From the IMG/VR virus record IMGVR_UViG_3300020045_003196, positions 1 through 43,190 of that record: 43,190 nt of DNA. One strand, 5' to 3'. Position 1 is the stretch's first letter, and each line of letters starts with the position of its first letter. The position numbers and the translations under genes were made by a program. Under the pieces are notes generated by a model that was not told the DNA's origin, did no database searches, and saw nothing but the letters and a program-made list of their open reading frames with translations. The stretch comes from a virus. Lineage: Duplodnaviria; Caudoviricetes. This document shows, one piece after another, positions 36,198-43,190 of this stretch.

Positions 36198-36431
36198 ATG
36201 AGTAACGAGACATCCTTTCGCCATGCAGAGAGCGGCGAGAAATTTGCTAAAGCTGTGCGCCGTGGCCGGCCAAAGAAATGGGCGTTTGAAGAAATGGTGG
36301 TCGGCGGTATCGCGGTAGTCGAATCTCCAGACGATCATGCCTCGGCACGTAGCGCCGCCAATCGAGCTGAGGGCGAGTACGCGACTCGAAAGCTTGCTGA
36401 CGGAAGCCTGCTTATAAAGCGCGTTTCATGA
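36198..36431 (+). CDS. Small basic putative DNA-binding protein
   Basis: RRGRPKKWAFEEMVVG motif; GGAGG RBS. Confidence 0.7.
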   Translation: MSNETSFRHAESGEKFAKAVRRGRPKKWAFEEMVVGGIAVVESPDDHASARSAANRAEGEYATRKLADGSLLIKRVS

Positions 36432-36610
36432 TCCCTGATACGCTGCTGGCACCAAAAGAAGACCAGCCCAAAAAACAACGCATAGACCTAGCTTTTGAGC
36501 TGATGGTTTTGAGGTGCGGCATCGGCTGCCTTATTGCTGATCAGCCTATGTCTAATAACGATTACGTGCGCTTGCATTTGGCCATGTCTAGATTGGGTAA
36601 AACAAAATGA
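36428..36610 (+). CDS. Hypothetical protein
   Basis: 60 aa, ATGA-coupled on both sides. Confidence 0.65.
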   Translation: MIPDTLLAPKEDQPKKQRIDLAFELMVLRCGIGCLIADQPMSNNDYVRLHLAMSRLGKTK

Positions 36611-38310
36611 GCCATCCAGTTTACCGGGACGCAATTGAAGACCTAGAAAAAGAAACGGTTGATCTTGGCGCGATCAATGAGTATCTGGATTCACGGTTTA
36701 AAGAAGAGGTGGCTGTAAGCACCGAAGACGCTGCCGCTAATGAAATGATCGCCGAGATCATAGAACTTAGCATTGCCGAAGAAGTTGATCGTTTTCCTTG
36801 GCGCGAGCCAAATCTTCCAAGTAGCGGGCTAGAGAATCGTTACTCAATATCAAAGATACTTGATCTTGATTATTTGGATGGTAACCCATCGATAATGGCT
36901 AGGATGGCGCGGGAAGCATCAAGGGTTATCCAGTTCCCGGAGAACACTGCTTACCTGCATGGGCTTGGCTGCTTCTCATCAGGATCAGTTGTTAACTTTC
37001 AAGTTGAGTACAACCACAAGTTTATCCCTACTGGGCTTTATACTTTGTGCGCTCAACCATCGGGCTCCGGGAAATCTTCGGCTCACGGTTATTTCATTGA
37101 TCCCATTCATGAGGCGCTTGATCGTCGCAATCATCTGCTGTTTATGCTGCACAAGAACATAGATGGCGAAATTGATGCGCTGCACAAGCTGGCTGACAAA
37201 GCCAAAACTGATCAGCAGATGCTGAAGACGTATGCGCAGGCCATGCAGTCGCTAAACGATGAGAAAATGCGCAGCCCTATCGTTTATGCGGCCAAGAAGA
37301 ACGCCACGCCGCAGTCAGCCGAAGAGCAGGCGGTCAAGCAGGGTGGAGTGTTTAGCGTCTGCTCTGATGAGCAGGAGGCGATTGATACCTATCTGGGGTT
37401 GTCGTACACCGACGGCAAGACAAGCCCCGACAACGGCGTGTTTATTGCGGCCTTCGGTGGCGACCTGATGGGTACGGCGCGCATCAGCCGGGCGGGCATC
37501 ACCATTCCCGTGCGCGGCGCCTTTGCGGTGGTTGCGCAGAATTCCGGGGTTGACACGATTATTAGGGCTGGCGCTGCTGGTCGCGGGGTAAGCGAGCGAT
37601 GCTTGATCCTCAAAGAACCGAACATGATCGGTTATCGGACCTATACAAGAGAGGATGGTTTTTTTGATCGCGAGCTTTCCGCTGAATACGCGGCGCTGTG
37701 TGAAAACATGGTGCAAGGCGAGTGCAATCGCAGGCTGACATTCTCCGAGCAGTGCCGCGACATGATTGTTGATCTGAAGAATTTGGTCGAGCCACAGTGC
37801 AGGCCTGGAGCCAAATACGGTGACACGCAGATCAAAGGCTTCGCCTCAAAGATTCAGCAGCACGTCATAAAGATGGCGGCAAATTTCCATATCGCTGAGC
37901 AGTGGAATCCCAAGATCACAAAGTCGCCATCGTTCGAAATACAGGAGCCGCACCTACTGAAGGCCATGCGTATCTGTATGGATCTGCTGGACAGTTACAA
38001 GGTGCTGATCGAGTCGGAGTCCGACATGTCGGCATCAAAGCTGGTGGTGTTCATCATTGGCGTAATGAAGGGCTATGCGCTCAAGGGTACGAAGAATTTC
38101 AACCTGGACAAACTGCGTCTATCTGTCACAAAAGAATCATGGTACGGCGCTATTGAGGGCAAGAAAATCGACTTCCTGCTCAACCTGCTGACCCGCTGCG
38201 AGGAAATGAATTTTTGCCACATCAAGGAAACCGGAAAGGATAAAAAGCACTGGCAGGTTCTGATCAACCCGGCGCTGAAGACCTTCACCATTTCGCTTGG
38301 GGATAACTGA
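36607..38310 (+). CDS. DUF3987/YfjI-like P-loop ATPase, putative replication helicase or origin-binding protein
   Basis: QPSGSGKS Walker A, NATPQS, SDE Walker B, GVSERCL arginine-finger-like motif. Confidence 0.75.
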   Translation: MSHPVYRDAIEDLEKETVDLGAINEYLDSRFKEEVAVSTEDAAANEMIAEIIELSIAEEVDRFPWREPNLPSSGLENRYSISKILDLDYLDGNPSIMARMAREASRVIQFPENTAYLHGLGCFSSGSVVNFQVEYNHKFIPTGLYTLCAQPSGSGKSSAHGYFIDPIHEALDRRNHLLFMLHKNIDGEIDALHKLADKAKTDQQMLKTYAQAMQSLNDEKMRSPIVYAAKKNATPQSAEEQAVKQGGVFSVCSDEQEAIDTYLGLSYTDGKTSPDNGVFIAAFGGDLMGTARISRAGITIPVRGAFAVVAQNSGVDTIIRAGAAGRGVSERCLILKEPNMIGYRTYTREDGFFDRELSAEYAALCENMVQGECNRRLTFSEQCRDMIVDLKNLVEPQCRPGAKYGDTQIKGFASKIQQHVIKMAANFHIAEQWNPKITKSPSFEIQEPHLLKAMRICMDLLDSYKVLIESESDMSASKLVVFIIGVMKGYALKGTKNFNLDKLRLSVTKESWYGAIEGKKIDFLLNLLTRCEEMNFCHIKETGKDKKHWQVLINPALKTFTISLGDN

Positions 38311-38312
38311 TT

Positions 38313-38513
38313 ATGCGCGGCCAGAGTGTCGAGTCGCTAGTAGAGGATGCTTTGGCGCGCGTCTTGCGTCGGGCTTATTGGGGTGCTCATGACGAGGAAG
38401 ACGGCGACAGCAAGGTCGGGGCTGATGAGAAAATACTGCGCGAGGCATTGTTTCTTTATGGAATGCCTGGGCGTGATTACAAGCCAAGAGGTGTAAGCGA
38501 TGCAAAGCTATGA
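38313..38513 (+). CDS. Hypothetical protein
   Basis: 66-aa ORF in the operon. Confidence 0.6.
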   Translation: MRGQSVESLVEDALARVLRRAYWGAHDEEDGDSKVGADEKILREALFLYGMPGRDYKPRGVSDAKL

Positions 38514-38826
38514 CCTAACCCTGTCCGACGGCAAAACCTTCCGCTGCGTGTGCCTGGAGAGTGCTGGCGATCCCGCCGAAGACATCCGGCAGATCGCTTT
38601 GCCCTTCCAGACTGGCGCGCATCTGGTAACCATCTCCAGGGTAGTGCCGCCGATACCGGACAAGCTGCCTTGGAAGCGAACAGGGGAGCATGAATGGCGG
38701 CTTGCCAATTTCACTTTGACGCGAACGCCTGGAGGGTTCCAGGTTGATTGGCCTGGCGGATCGGCAAGCGGTGGGCGCGATGAGATAGCTTCGGCTGTCC
38801 GTAAGAATTGGGCTTTTGGGTGTTGA
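38500..38826 (+). CDS. Hypothetical protein
   Basis: 108 aa, GAGGT RBS. Confidence 0.7.
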   Translation: MQSYDLTLSDGKTFRCVCLESAGDPAEDIRQIALPFQTGAHLVTISRVVPPIPDKLPWKRTGEHEWRLANFTLTRTPGGFQVDWPGGSASGGRDEIASAVRKNWAFGC

Positions 38827-38851
38827 CATAATGATTATGCGAGCCTAAAGT
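38822..38851 (+). promoter_or_regulatory. Early promoter with palindromic operator
   Basis: TTGACA (38823)-TAATGATTATGCGAGCC-TAAAGT (38846). Confidence 0.8.
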
Positions 38852-38885
38852 TCACTCAACGAAACGAACAACAGGAAGCGCCGAG

Positions 38886-39029
38886 ATGAAAGTGTTTGAC
38901 GTTATGTGTGTGATGCACCGGATCGGCCGTTTTCTTTACAAGCCGAACGCGGAAAAGCTGCGCGCCAAGTTCATTTCCGATAACGAGCTTGACGCTTACG
39001 AAGTAGATATTTGCGAGCGCACGATCTAA
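38886..39029 (+). CDS. Small hypothetical protein (47 aa, not in the ORF track)
   Basis: MKVFDVMCVMHRIGRFLYKPNAEKLRAKFISDNELDAYEVDICERTI; ACAGGAAG RBS. Confidence 0.65.
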   Translation: MKVFDVMCVMHRIGRFLYKPNAEKLRAKFISDNELDAYEVDICERTI

Positions 39030-39073
39030 CCAACCCCGCCCGGTTCGCCGCGCAACCCCTGACAGGAGCCGCC

Positions 39074-39265
39074 ATGAACACCGAACCCAAAACAGTCGCC
39101 CAGCTCTGCCTTGATCAGCCCGACCCATATGCCGCCGCTCAACTGATCGCGATCTATCAGGGCAAACTCGGCTTCACCAAGACCATGCACTTCAACGATG
39201 GCAGTTGCCTGAAGTTCAAAATCACCTATACCGCCATGGAAGTTGGCAGGAGCGAAGACCAATGA
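39074..39265 (+). CDS. Hypothetical protein
   Basis: ATG 39074, GACAGGAG RBS at 39061. Confidence 0.7.
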   Translation: MNTEPKTVAQLCLDQPDPYAAAQLIAIYQGKLGFTKTMHFNDGSCLKFKITYTAMEVGRSEDQ

Positions 39266-39366
39266 AACCCGATCATTTCACCTGGCTGCAAAGTACAGCC
39301 GCAACCCTGGCGATTAGCGCGCTGCTGCTGGGAATTTTGGCTCTTACTGGATGGGTGCTGGCATGA
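39262..39366 (+). CDS. Small single-TM protein (34 aa, not in the ORF track)
   Basis: MKPDHFTWLQSTAATLAISALLLGILALTGWVLA; AGGAG RBS; ATGA-coupled on both sides. Confidence 0.65.
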   Translation: MKPDHFTWLQSTAATLAISALLLGILALTGWVLA

Positions 39367-40547
39367 CCAACAAAAACGATGCGCTGCCGGTTGCCGAGCG
39401 CGATCAGGTTGTAGGCCGCGTTTACGACGGTAAGGCGGAGCTAAACAGCGCTGGCCGCGCGCTGGCGGATCATTCGGAGCTTTATTCGGTAGAAGTGATC
39501 GCCAACCGCGACGCGGAACTGGCTGAGTTCAAACGCATTACCAGCGAGTTGGCAGGGATAATCGCCAAACTCCGCTACGACTACGAAAGCGCGTTTAACT
39601 CTGGTGAAATTGCGCGGCAATCGTGCGACCAGCTACAGGCCGAGCTTGCGGCGCTGCGTGGCCGTTCTGATCGCGCGTACAAGGCGCTGGAAAAGCTTTC
39701 CCGTGTGCCTGGTTGCGGTTGCAGTTTTCCCTGCACTTGCGGCGGTGATGAGTGGACGCGTGCAGAGCTGGAAGGCCGTATGGATTACGCGATGCAAGCC
39801 GTGGCTGAGTTTGGCGCGCCACTGGTAAGCGACAAGGCGGGGGCGGTTGATGAGCGCGAACTGTTCAACGCCGAATACGAGAAGGTGTGCAACCGGCCTA
39901 TCACGCACCGAGAAATTGCATGGCGGGTATGGCAAGCCCGCGCCGCCCTCAACCCGCTTGCCGCTGACGTTGCTCAATTCCGCGCACACGATTGCGGCGG
40001 CGTATGGCGGGAGTCTGAGTTCGTAAAGGCTGGCGGTTGCCCCAAGTGCGGGCCAGATGCCGCTGACGTTGCTCAAGGCGGTGAGGTGGGGCGGTTGCGG
40101 GCTGAGAATGCCAAACTAGACGAGCAGTTGGGCCACTGCGGCGATTTCGAACAACGCCAGATTGTTGTGATTCATGGCCTCTTAGACGACCTCGCCACCC
40201 AAACAGCGCGAGCCGATGCAGCCGAGCCAGTGTTGAGAGTTGCACAAGAACTATCTAGCTACCTCGACGGCAATAAAGCTAACTCGGTGCACACCGGGTC
40301 TATTTTGCATGGCCGCCTGAAAGAAGCGCTTCAACGGGCCGCCGTACCAGCCCCGACAGAGCAGAAGGCCCAACCCGTGGCCGCTGACGTTGTGCAGGTG
40401 CCGCGTGCTGTTCTTGAGAATTCCTGCGCTGATAGCGAACTTTGGTACGCAGAGTTTGGCGAGCCATCAAGCGGTAGCTATACGGCTAGCTTTGTTGATC
40501 TGCGCGCCCTGCTCGCCACCCGCCAGGCTGATGGGGGTTCCGTATGA
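39363..40547 (+). CDS. Mosaic accessory protein (Ead/Ea22-like architecture)
   Basis: Coiled coils, DERELF..AWRVWQARAAL module, Cys modules, three AADV(A/V)Q linkers. Confidence 0.75.
   Translation: MTNKNDALPVAERDQVVGRVYDGKAELNSAGRALADHSELYSVEVIANRDAELAEFKRITSELAGIIAKLRYDYESAFNSGEIARQSCDQLQAELAALRGRSDRAYKALEKLSRVPGCGCSFPCTCGGDEWTRAELEGRMDYAMQAVAEFGAPLVSDKAGAVDERELFNAEYEKVCNRPITHREIAWRVWQARAALNPLAADVAQFRAHDCGGVWRESEFVKAGGCPKCGPDAADVAQGGEVGRLRAENAKLDEQLGHCGDFEQRQIVVIHGLLDDLATQTARADAAEPVLRVAQELSSYLDGNKANSVHTGSILHGRLKEALQRAAVPAPTEQKAQPVAADVVQVPRAVLENSCADSELWYAEFGEPSSGSYTASFVDLRALLATRQADGGSV
39960..40392 (+). repeat. Three GCCGCTGACGTTG(CTCAA) direct repeats
   Basis: Copies at 39960-39977 and 40059-40076 (18-bp identical) and 40380-40392 (13 bp). 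Confidence 0.9.
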
Positions 40548-41269
40548 GCATGCAACTGATATTTGGCGACTGCCTGGAGCTGATGAAAGAAATCCCAGAT
40601 GCGTCGGTCGATATGGTTCTGTGCGATTTGCCGTATGGGACCACGCAGAACAAGTGGGACAGCGTTTTGGACCTGCATTCCCTTTGGGCGCAATACAAGC
40701 GCATTAGCCGTGGCGCTATCGTGCTGAGCGCTAGCCAGCCATTCACCAGCGCGCTGGTTATGAGCAACCTAGATTGGTTCAGGTACGACTGGACTTGGCG
40801 CAAGCCGAAGGGGACCGGGCACTTGAACGCAAAAAAGCAGCCCATGCGGGACAAGGAAGACATCCTCGTGTTCTACGCAAAGCAGCCGACCTACAACCCT
40901 CAGTTTTCGCAGGGGAAGCCTTACACCGCCGAGTCGCGAGGAACCCAGCGTGTCGGTACTAGCCGCACCCAAAACTATGGTGCTTTCGGTAACGCGCGTA
41001 ATGCGAGCGATGGACGTCGCTACCCAAAGCAGGTGGTGGAATTCGGCGTGGTGGAGCGCGGCACGCTGCACCCAACCCAAAAGCCAGTCGCTCTAATGGA
41101 ATACCTGATTCGCACCTACACCAACGAAGGTATGACCGTGCTTGATAACTGCATGGGTAGCGGAACCACTGGCGTCGCCTGCCAAAACCTTAGGCGCTCG
41201 TTTATCGGGATCGAAAAAGACCCGGCCTATTTCGCTATCGCCGAACAAAGAATTGGGGGTTCCCAATGA
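40544..41269 (+). CDS. DNA methyltransferase (N4-C/N6-A, beta class), orphan
   Basis: GDCLELM, DLPY (motif IV), HPTQKPVAL, VLDNCMGSGTTG (motif I). Confidence 0.95.
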   Translation: MSMQLIFGDCLELMKEIPDASVDMVLCDLPYGTTQNKWDSVLDLHSLWAQYKRISRGAIVLSASQPFTSALVMSNLDWFRYDWTWRKPKGTGHLNAKKQPMRDKEDILVFYAKQPTYNPQFSQGKPYTAESRGTQRVGTSRTQNYGAFGNARNASDGRRYPKQVVEFGVVERGTLHPTQKPVALMEYLIRTYTNEGMTVLDNCMGSGTTGVACQNLRRSFIGIEKDPAYFAIAEQRIGGSQ

Positions 41270-41538
41270 CCACAAACGACAATTTGCGCGGGCTGCTGAA
41301 AGATTGCCGCCGCTGGTACTTCGGCGATGACTTGCTATCTCGCATTGACGCCGCCCTTGCCGAGCGGGATAGCGGGGAGGTGGTGCCGAAGGTGCTGAGC
41401 GATGCAATCAAGTCGATAACGCTGTGTTCAGATTGTCGCCTCGACCATGTTTGCTGTCGCCCGTTACTGAGGGCGGCGCACGACTACATCAACACGAACA
41501 AGGCACCGGCCAAGGCTGAGCCTGAGGTGAAGCCATGA
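41266..41538 (+). CDS. Hypothetical protein
   Basis: 90 aa, ATGA-coupled. Confidence 0.7.
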   Translation: MTTNDNLRGLLKDCRRWYFGDDLLSRIDAALAERDSGEVVPKVLSDAIKSITLCSDCRLDHVCCRPLLRAAHDYINTNKAPAKAEPEVKP

Positions 41539-41678
41539 ATTGGAAAAAATGGAAGTGGGGAAGGTTGGCGTGGGGCGTAAGCGGCGGACGCGTAATCACA
41601 GACCTTCAAGGTGTCTGGGTTAGCCTTCTCGGAACGCGTATGTACTTCTTAACCAAAGAGGCCTCCACCGATGAATAA
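41535..41678 (+). CDS. Small Trp/Lys-rich hypothetical protein (47 aa, not in the ORF track)
   Basis: MNWKKWKWGRLAWGVSGG...; GAGGTG RBS; overlaps both neighbours. Confidence 0.6.
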   Translation: MNWKKWKWGRLAWGVSGGRVITDLQGVWVSLLGTRMYFLTKEASTDE

Positions 41679-42198
41679 CCAAGTGCTGATTGACCTGGAG
41701 TTGCTGGAGCGAGTGGTGCAATGGGCCGCTCTACCCGTAATGTCTTCGGCTGGCGTAATTGATGAGCTACGCGCCGCGCTCCAATCCCCTGCGCCCGAGG
41801 GTGGACAACTAACCACGGACAACCTATGGGCCGCCTCAAAGCTTTGCGGCGTAGCGCTGATGCCGGTTGCCCAGCATCAGGAAATCGTCGCAGGGTTGGG
41901 GCGGAAGTGGATTGCTTGCAGTGACCGTCTACCGGAAGTTAAAAAAGGTGGCGAGCAAGAATTCAACATTGCCGTGAAGCGCGCTAACGGGAAGACATAT
42001 GTGTTCTCGGCCTGCTACCTGAACGAAATGGAGCTTTACAGCGAGGAGCACGGTGACGACGAAGGGTTGTTATTGGTCACCGGGTGGCGCCATGAAATGG
42101 CAGACGACGAATACGACACGGCTTGGCATTCGGTAATCGGCGTGGGTGATGAAGTTACTCACTGGCAGCCCCTTCCACCCAGCCCGAAGGAGGGTTGA
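41671..42198 (+). CDS. DUF551-domain protein
   Basis: WIACSDRLPE...VTHWQPLPPSP. Confidence 0.8.
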   Translation: MNNQVLIDLELLERVVQWAALPVMSSAGVIDELRAALQSPAPEGGQLTTDNLWAASKLCGVALMPVAQHQEIVAGLGRKWIACSDRLPEVKKGGEQEFNIAVKRANGKTYVFSACYLNEMELYSEEHGDDEGLLLVTGWRHEMADDEYDTAWHSVIGVGDEVTHWQPLPPSPKEG

Positions 42199-42200
42199 TT

Positions 42201-42500
42201 GTGAGCAGACAATGGGATACGAAACGGGAGTTTAAGCCTGACTATCGGAAGGTGGCAGGCGGCGTTTTTCTCGGATGGTGGCGCGTCTTGACGGTTAAAG
42301 ACTGGGCTTACACGTTTAGATCTATGGGTGAGGATATTGTCACCCTGGCTAGATTGATTTGTTTGCTGATAGCGGCCCTGTTAATGCTAGTGCTGAGCCC
42401 GGTTGTCTTCCCGCTTTGGTGCTTTCTGGAGCGGAGATTACAGCGCCGCAACCGACTCTATTGGATCAAGCGCAACCGCGCAGCAGACGAGGATATTTAG
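42201..42500 (+). CDS. Hypothetical membrane protein
   Basis: Hydrophobic segment with basic tail; GAAGGAGG RBS. Confidence 0.65.
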   Translation: MSRQWDTKREFKPDYRKVAGGVFLGWWRVLTVKDWAYTFRSMGEDIVTLARLICLLIAALLMLVLSPVVFPLWCFLERRLQRRNRLYWIKRNRAADEDI

Positions 42501-42502
42501 CC

Positions 42503-43018
42503 ATGACGACTGATTTGCAGGATGGGGAAATGACCACGACACCAGCGCCGCGCGATGAGCAGGCAAAGCTTGAGCAATGGGCGAACGACAACCGAATCGA
42601 CCCTAACCTTTACGTCGTATTCACGACATGGCACGGACGCGCAGCCATCGCCGAATCCGAACTGGCAGAGGCGCGGGAGCAGAATGAAGTCTTTGAGGGC
42701 GGCTTGCGGGCCCTAGCCTGCTCCCTATCTGCTGGCGGATATAACGCCGAAAAGCTCAGCGCCGCTCAGCTGCTAGAAAAGGTGAGCTGGGGTGTCGACG
42801 AGTTCGCTAAATCAACCAGCAGGCTTCTTGACTCGGTAAGGGCCGAGCGCGACGAACTGCGCGCCGAGCTTGAGCGGGTGAAGGCTGATAATCGTGCAAA
42901 GAATGGCAGCATGAAGGCGTTTGGTGAGCAGATCGCCAAGCTTCAGCGCGCCGTCAAGAACCGGGACAAGATGCTAGCCAAAGCAGCAATCGGCGCGATC
43001 GAAGGAGAGGCGGGATGA
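42503..43018 (+). CDS. Coiled-coil hypothetical protein
   Basis: GAGG RBS; heptad-rich C-terminus. Confidence 0.7.
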   Translation: MTTDLQDGEMTTTPAPRDEQAKLEQWANDNRIDPNLYVVFTTWHGRAAIAESELAEAREQNEVFEGGLRALACSLSAGGYNAEKLSAAQLLEKVSWGVDEFAKSTSRLLDSVRAERDELRAELERVKADNRAKNGSMKAFGEQIAKLQRAVKNRDKMLAKAAIGAIEGEAG

Positions 43019-43190
43019 GTAGCCTATGCCCTGAATGCAACGGAAAAACTGACTGCCTGGAAAGCCGGCATAAACAAAAAAAAGATGAGCCTTACACATA
43101 CCGTCGCTATATGTGCAGGGTTTGCGGTTGCCGATTCAGCACTGCTGAGACTTTGACATCGGTTTACAAGGCGGCAAGAAAGCCGCGATG
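43015..43190 (+). CDS. NrdR-like zinc-ribbon protein (63 aa), continuing across the circular junction to the stop at 135-137
   Basis: CPEC..KT.CLESR...YRRYMCRVCGCRFSTAE resembles the NrdR N-terminal ribbon; no ATP-cone. Confidence 0.7.
   Translation, partial: MSSLCPECNGKTDCLESRHKQKKDEPYTYRRYMCRVCGCRFSTAETLTSVYKAARKPR
43070..43190. repeat. Terminal direct repeat, identical to 1-121
   Basis: Exact identity. Confidence 0.95.

Noticed and set aside
1-43190. CRISPR array, tRNA, integrase/att site, reverse transcriptase or DGR
   Set aside because: I saw no regularly spaced repeats, cloverleaf, recombinase or RT motifs, and no TR/VR pair by eye; a computational scan would be needed to exclude them fully

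Overview
The window looks like one complete, circularly assembled ~43.07 kb tailed-phage genome: bases 43070-43190 repeat bases 1-121, and a gene runs across the junction. The - strand from 35614 to 10246 carries a contractile-tail (myovirus-type) morphogenesis and lysis module: TerS, TerL, portal, protease, capsid, sheath, tube, tape measure, baseplate, fibre, holins, lysozyme, Rz/Rz1 and two SGNH hydrolases. The + strand carries replication, recombination and accessory genes: DUF3987-type ATPase, ParB-like protein, SF2 helicase, VRR-NUC nuclease, RecE-like exonuclease and a DNA methylase. I found no integrase, tRNA or CRISPR array. A Gram-negative host is implied by the spanins; Pseudomonas-like is my inference. 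The most interesting signal is non-coding and suggests a two-layer regulon. First, at least six sites share TTGACATA(A/G)TGATTAT, a palindromic operator in a sigma70 promoter spacer. Second, six early genes share the RBS GACAGGAG, and an unannotated ~60-nt transcription unit at ~857-916 (-) has its own TTGACA-N17-TAATCT promoter and terminator and displays the exact complement of that RBS in a hairpin. It is a candidate multi-target anti-RBS sRNA. Other observations include a structured RNA leader on an HNH gene, an inverted-repeat-bounded ori/pac candidate, a 6-bp-periodic operator array, a tail chaperone -1 frameshift, a frameshifted head-region gene and a primase with a degenerate TOPRIM site. 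All family calls come from motif recognition and gene order, not from database searches.
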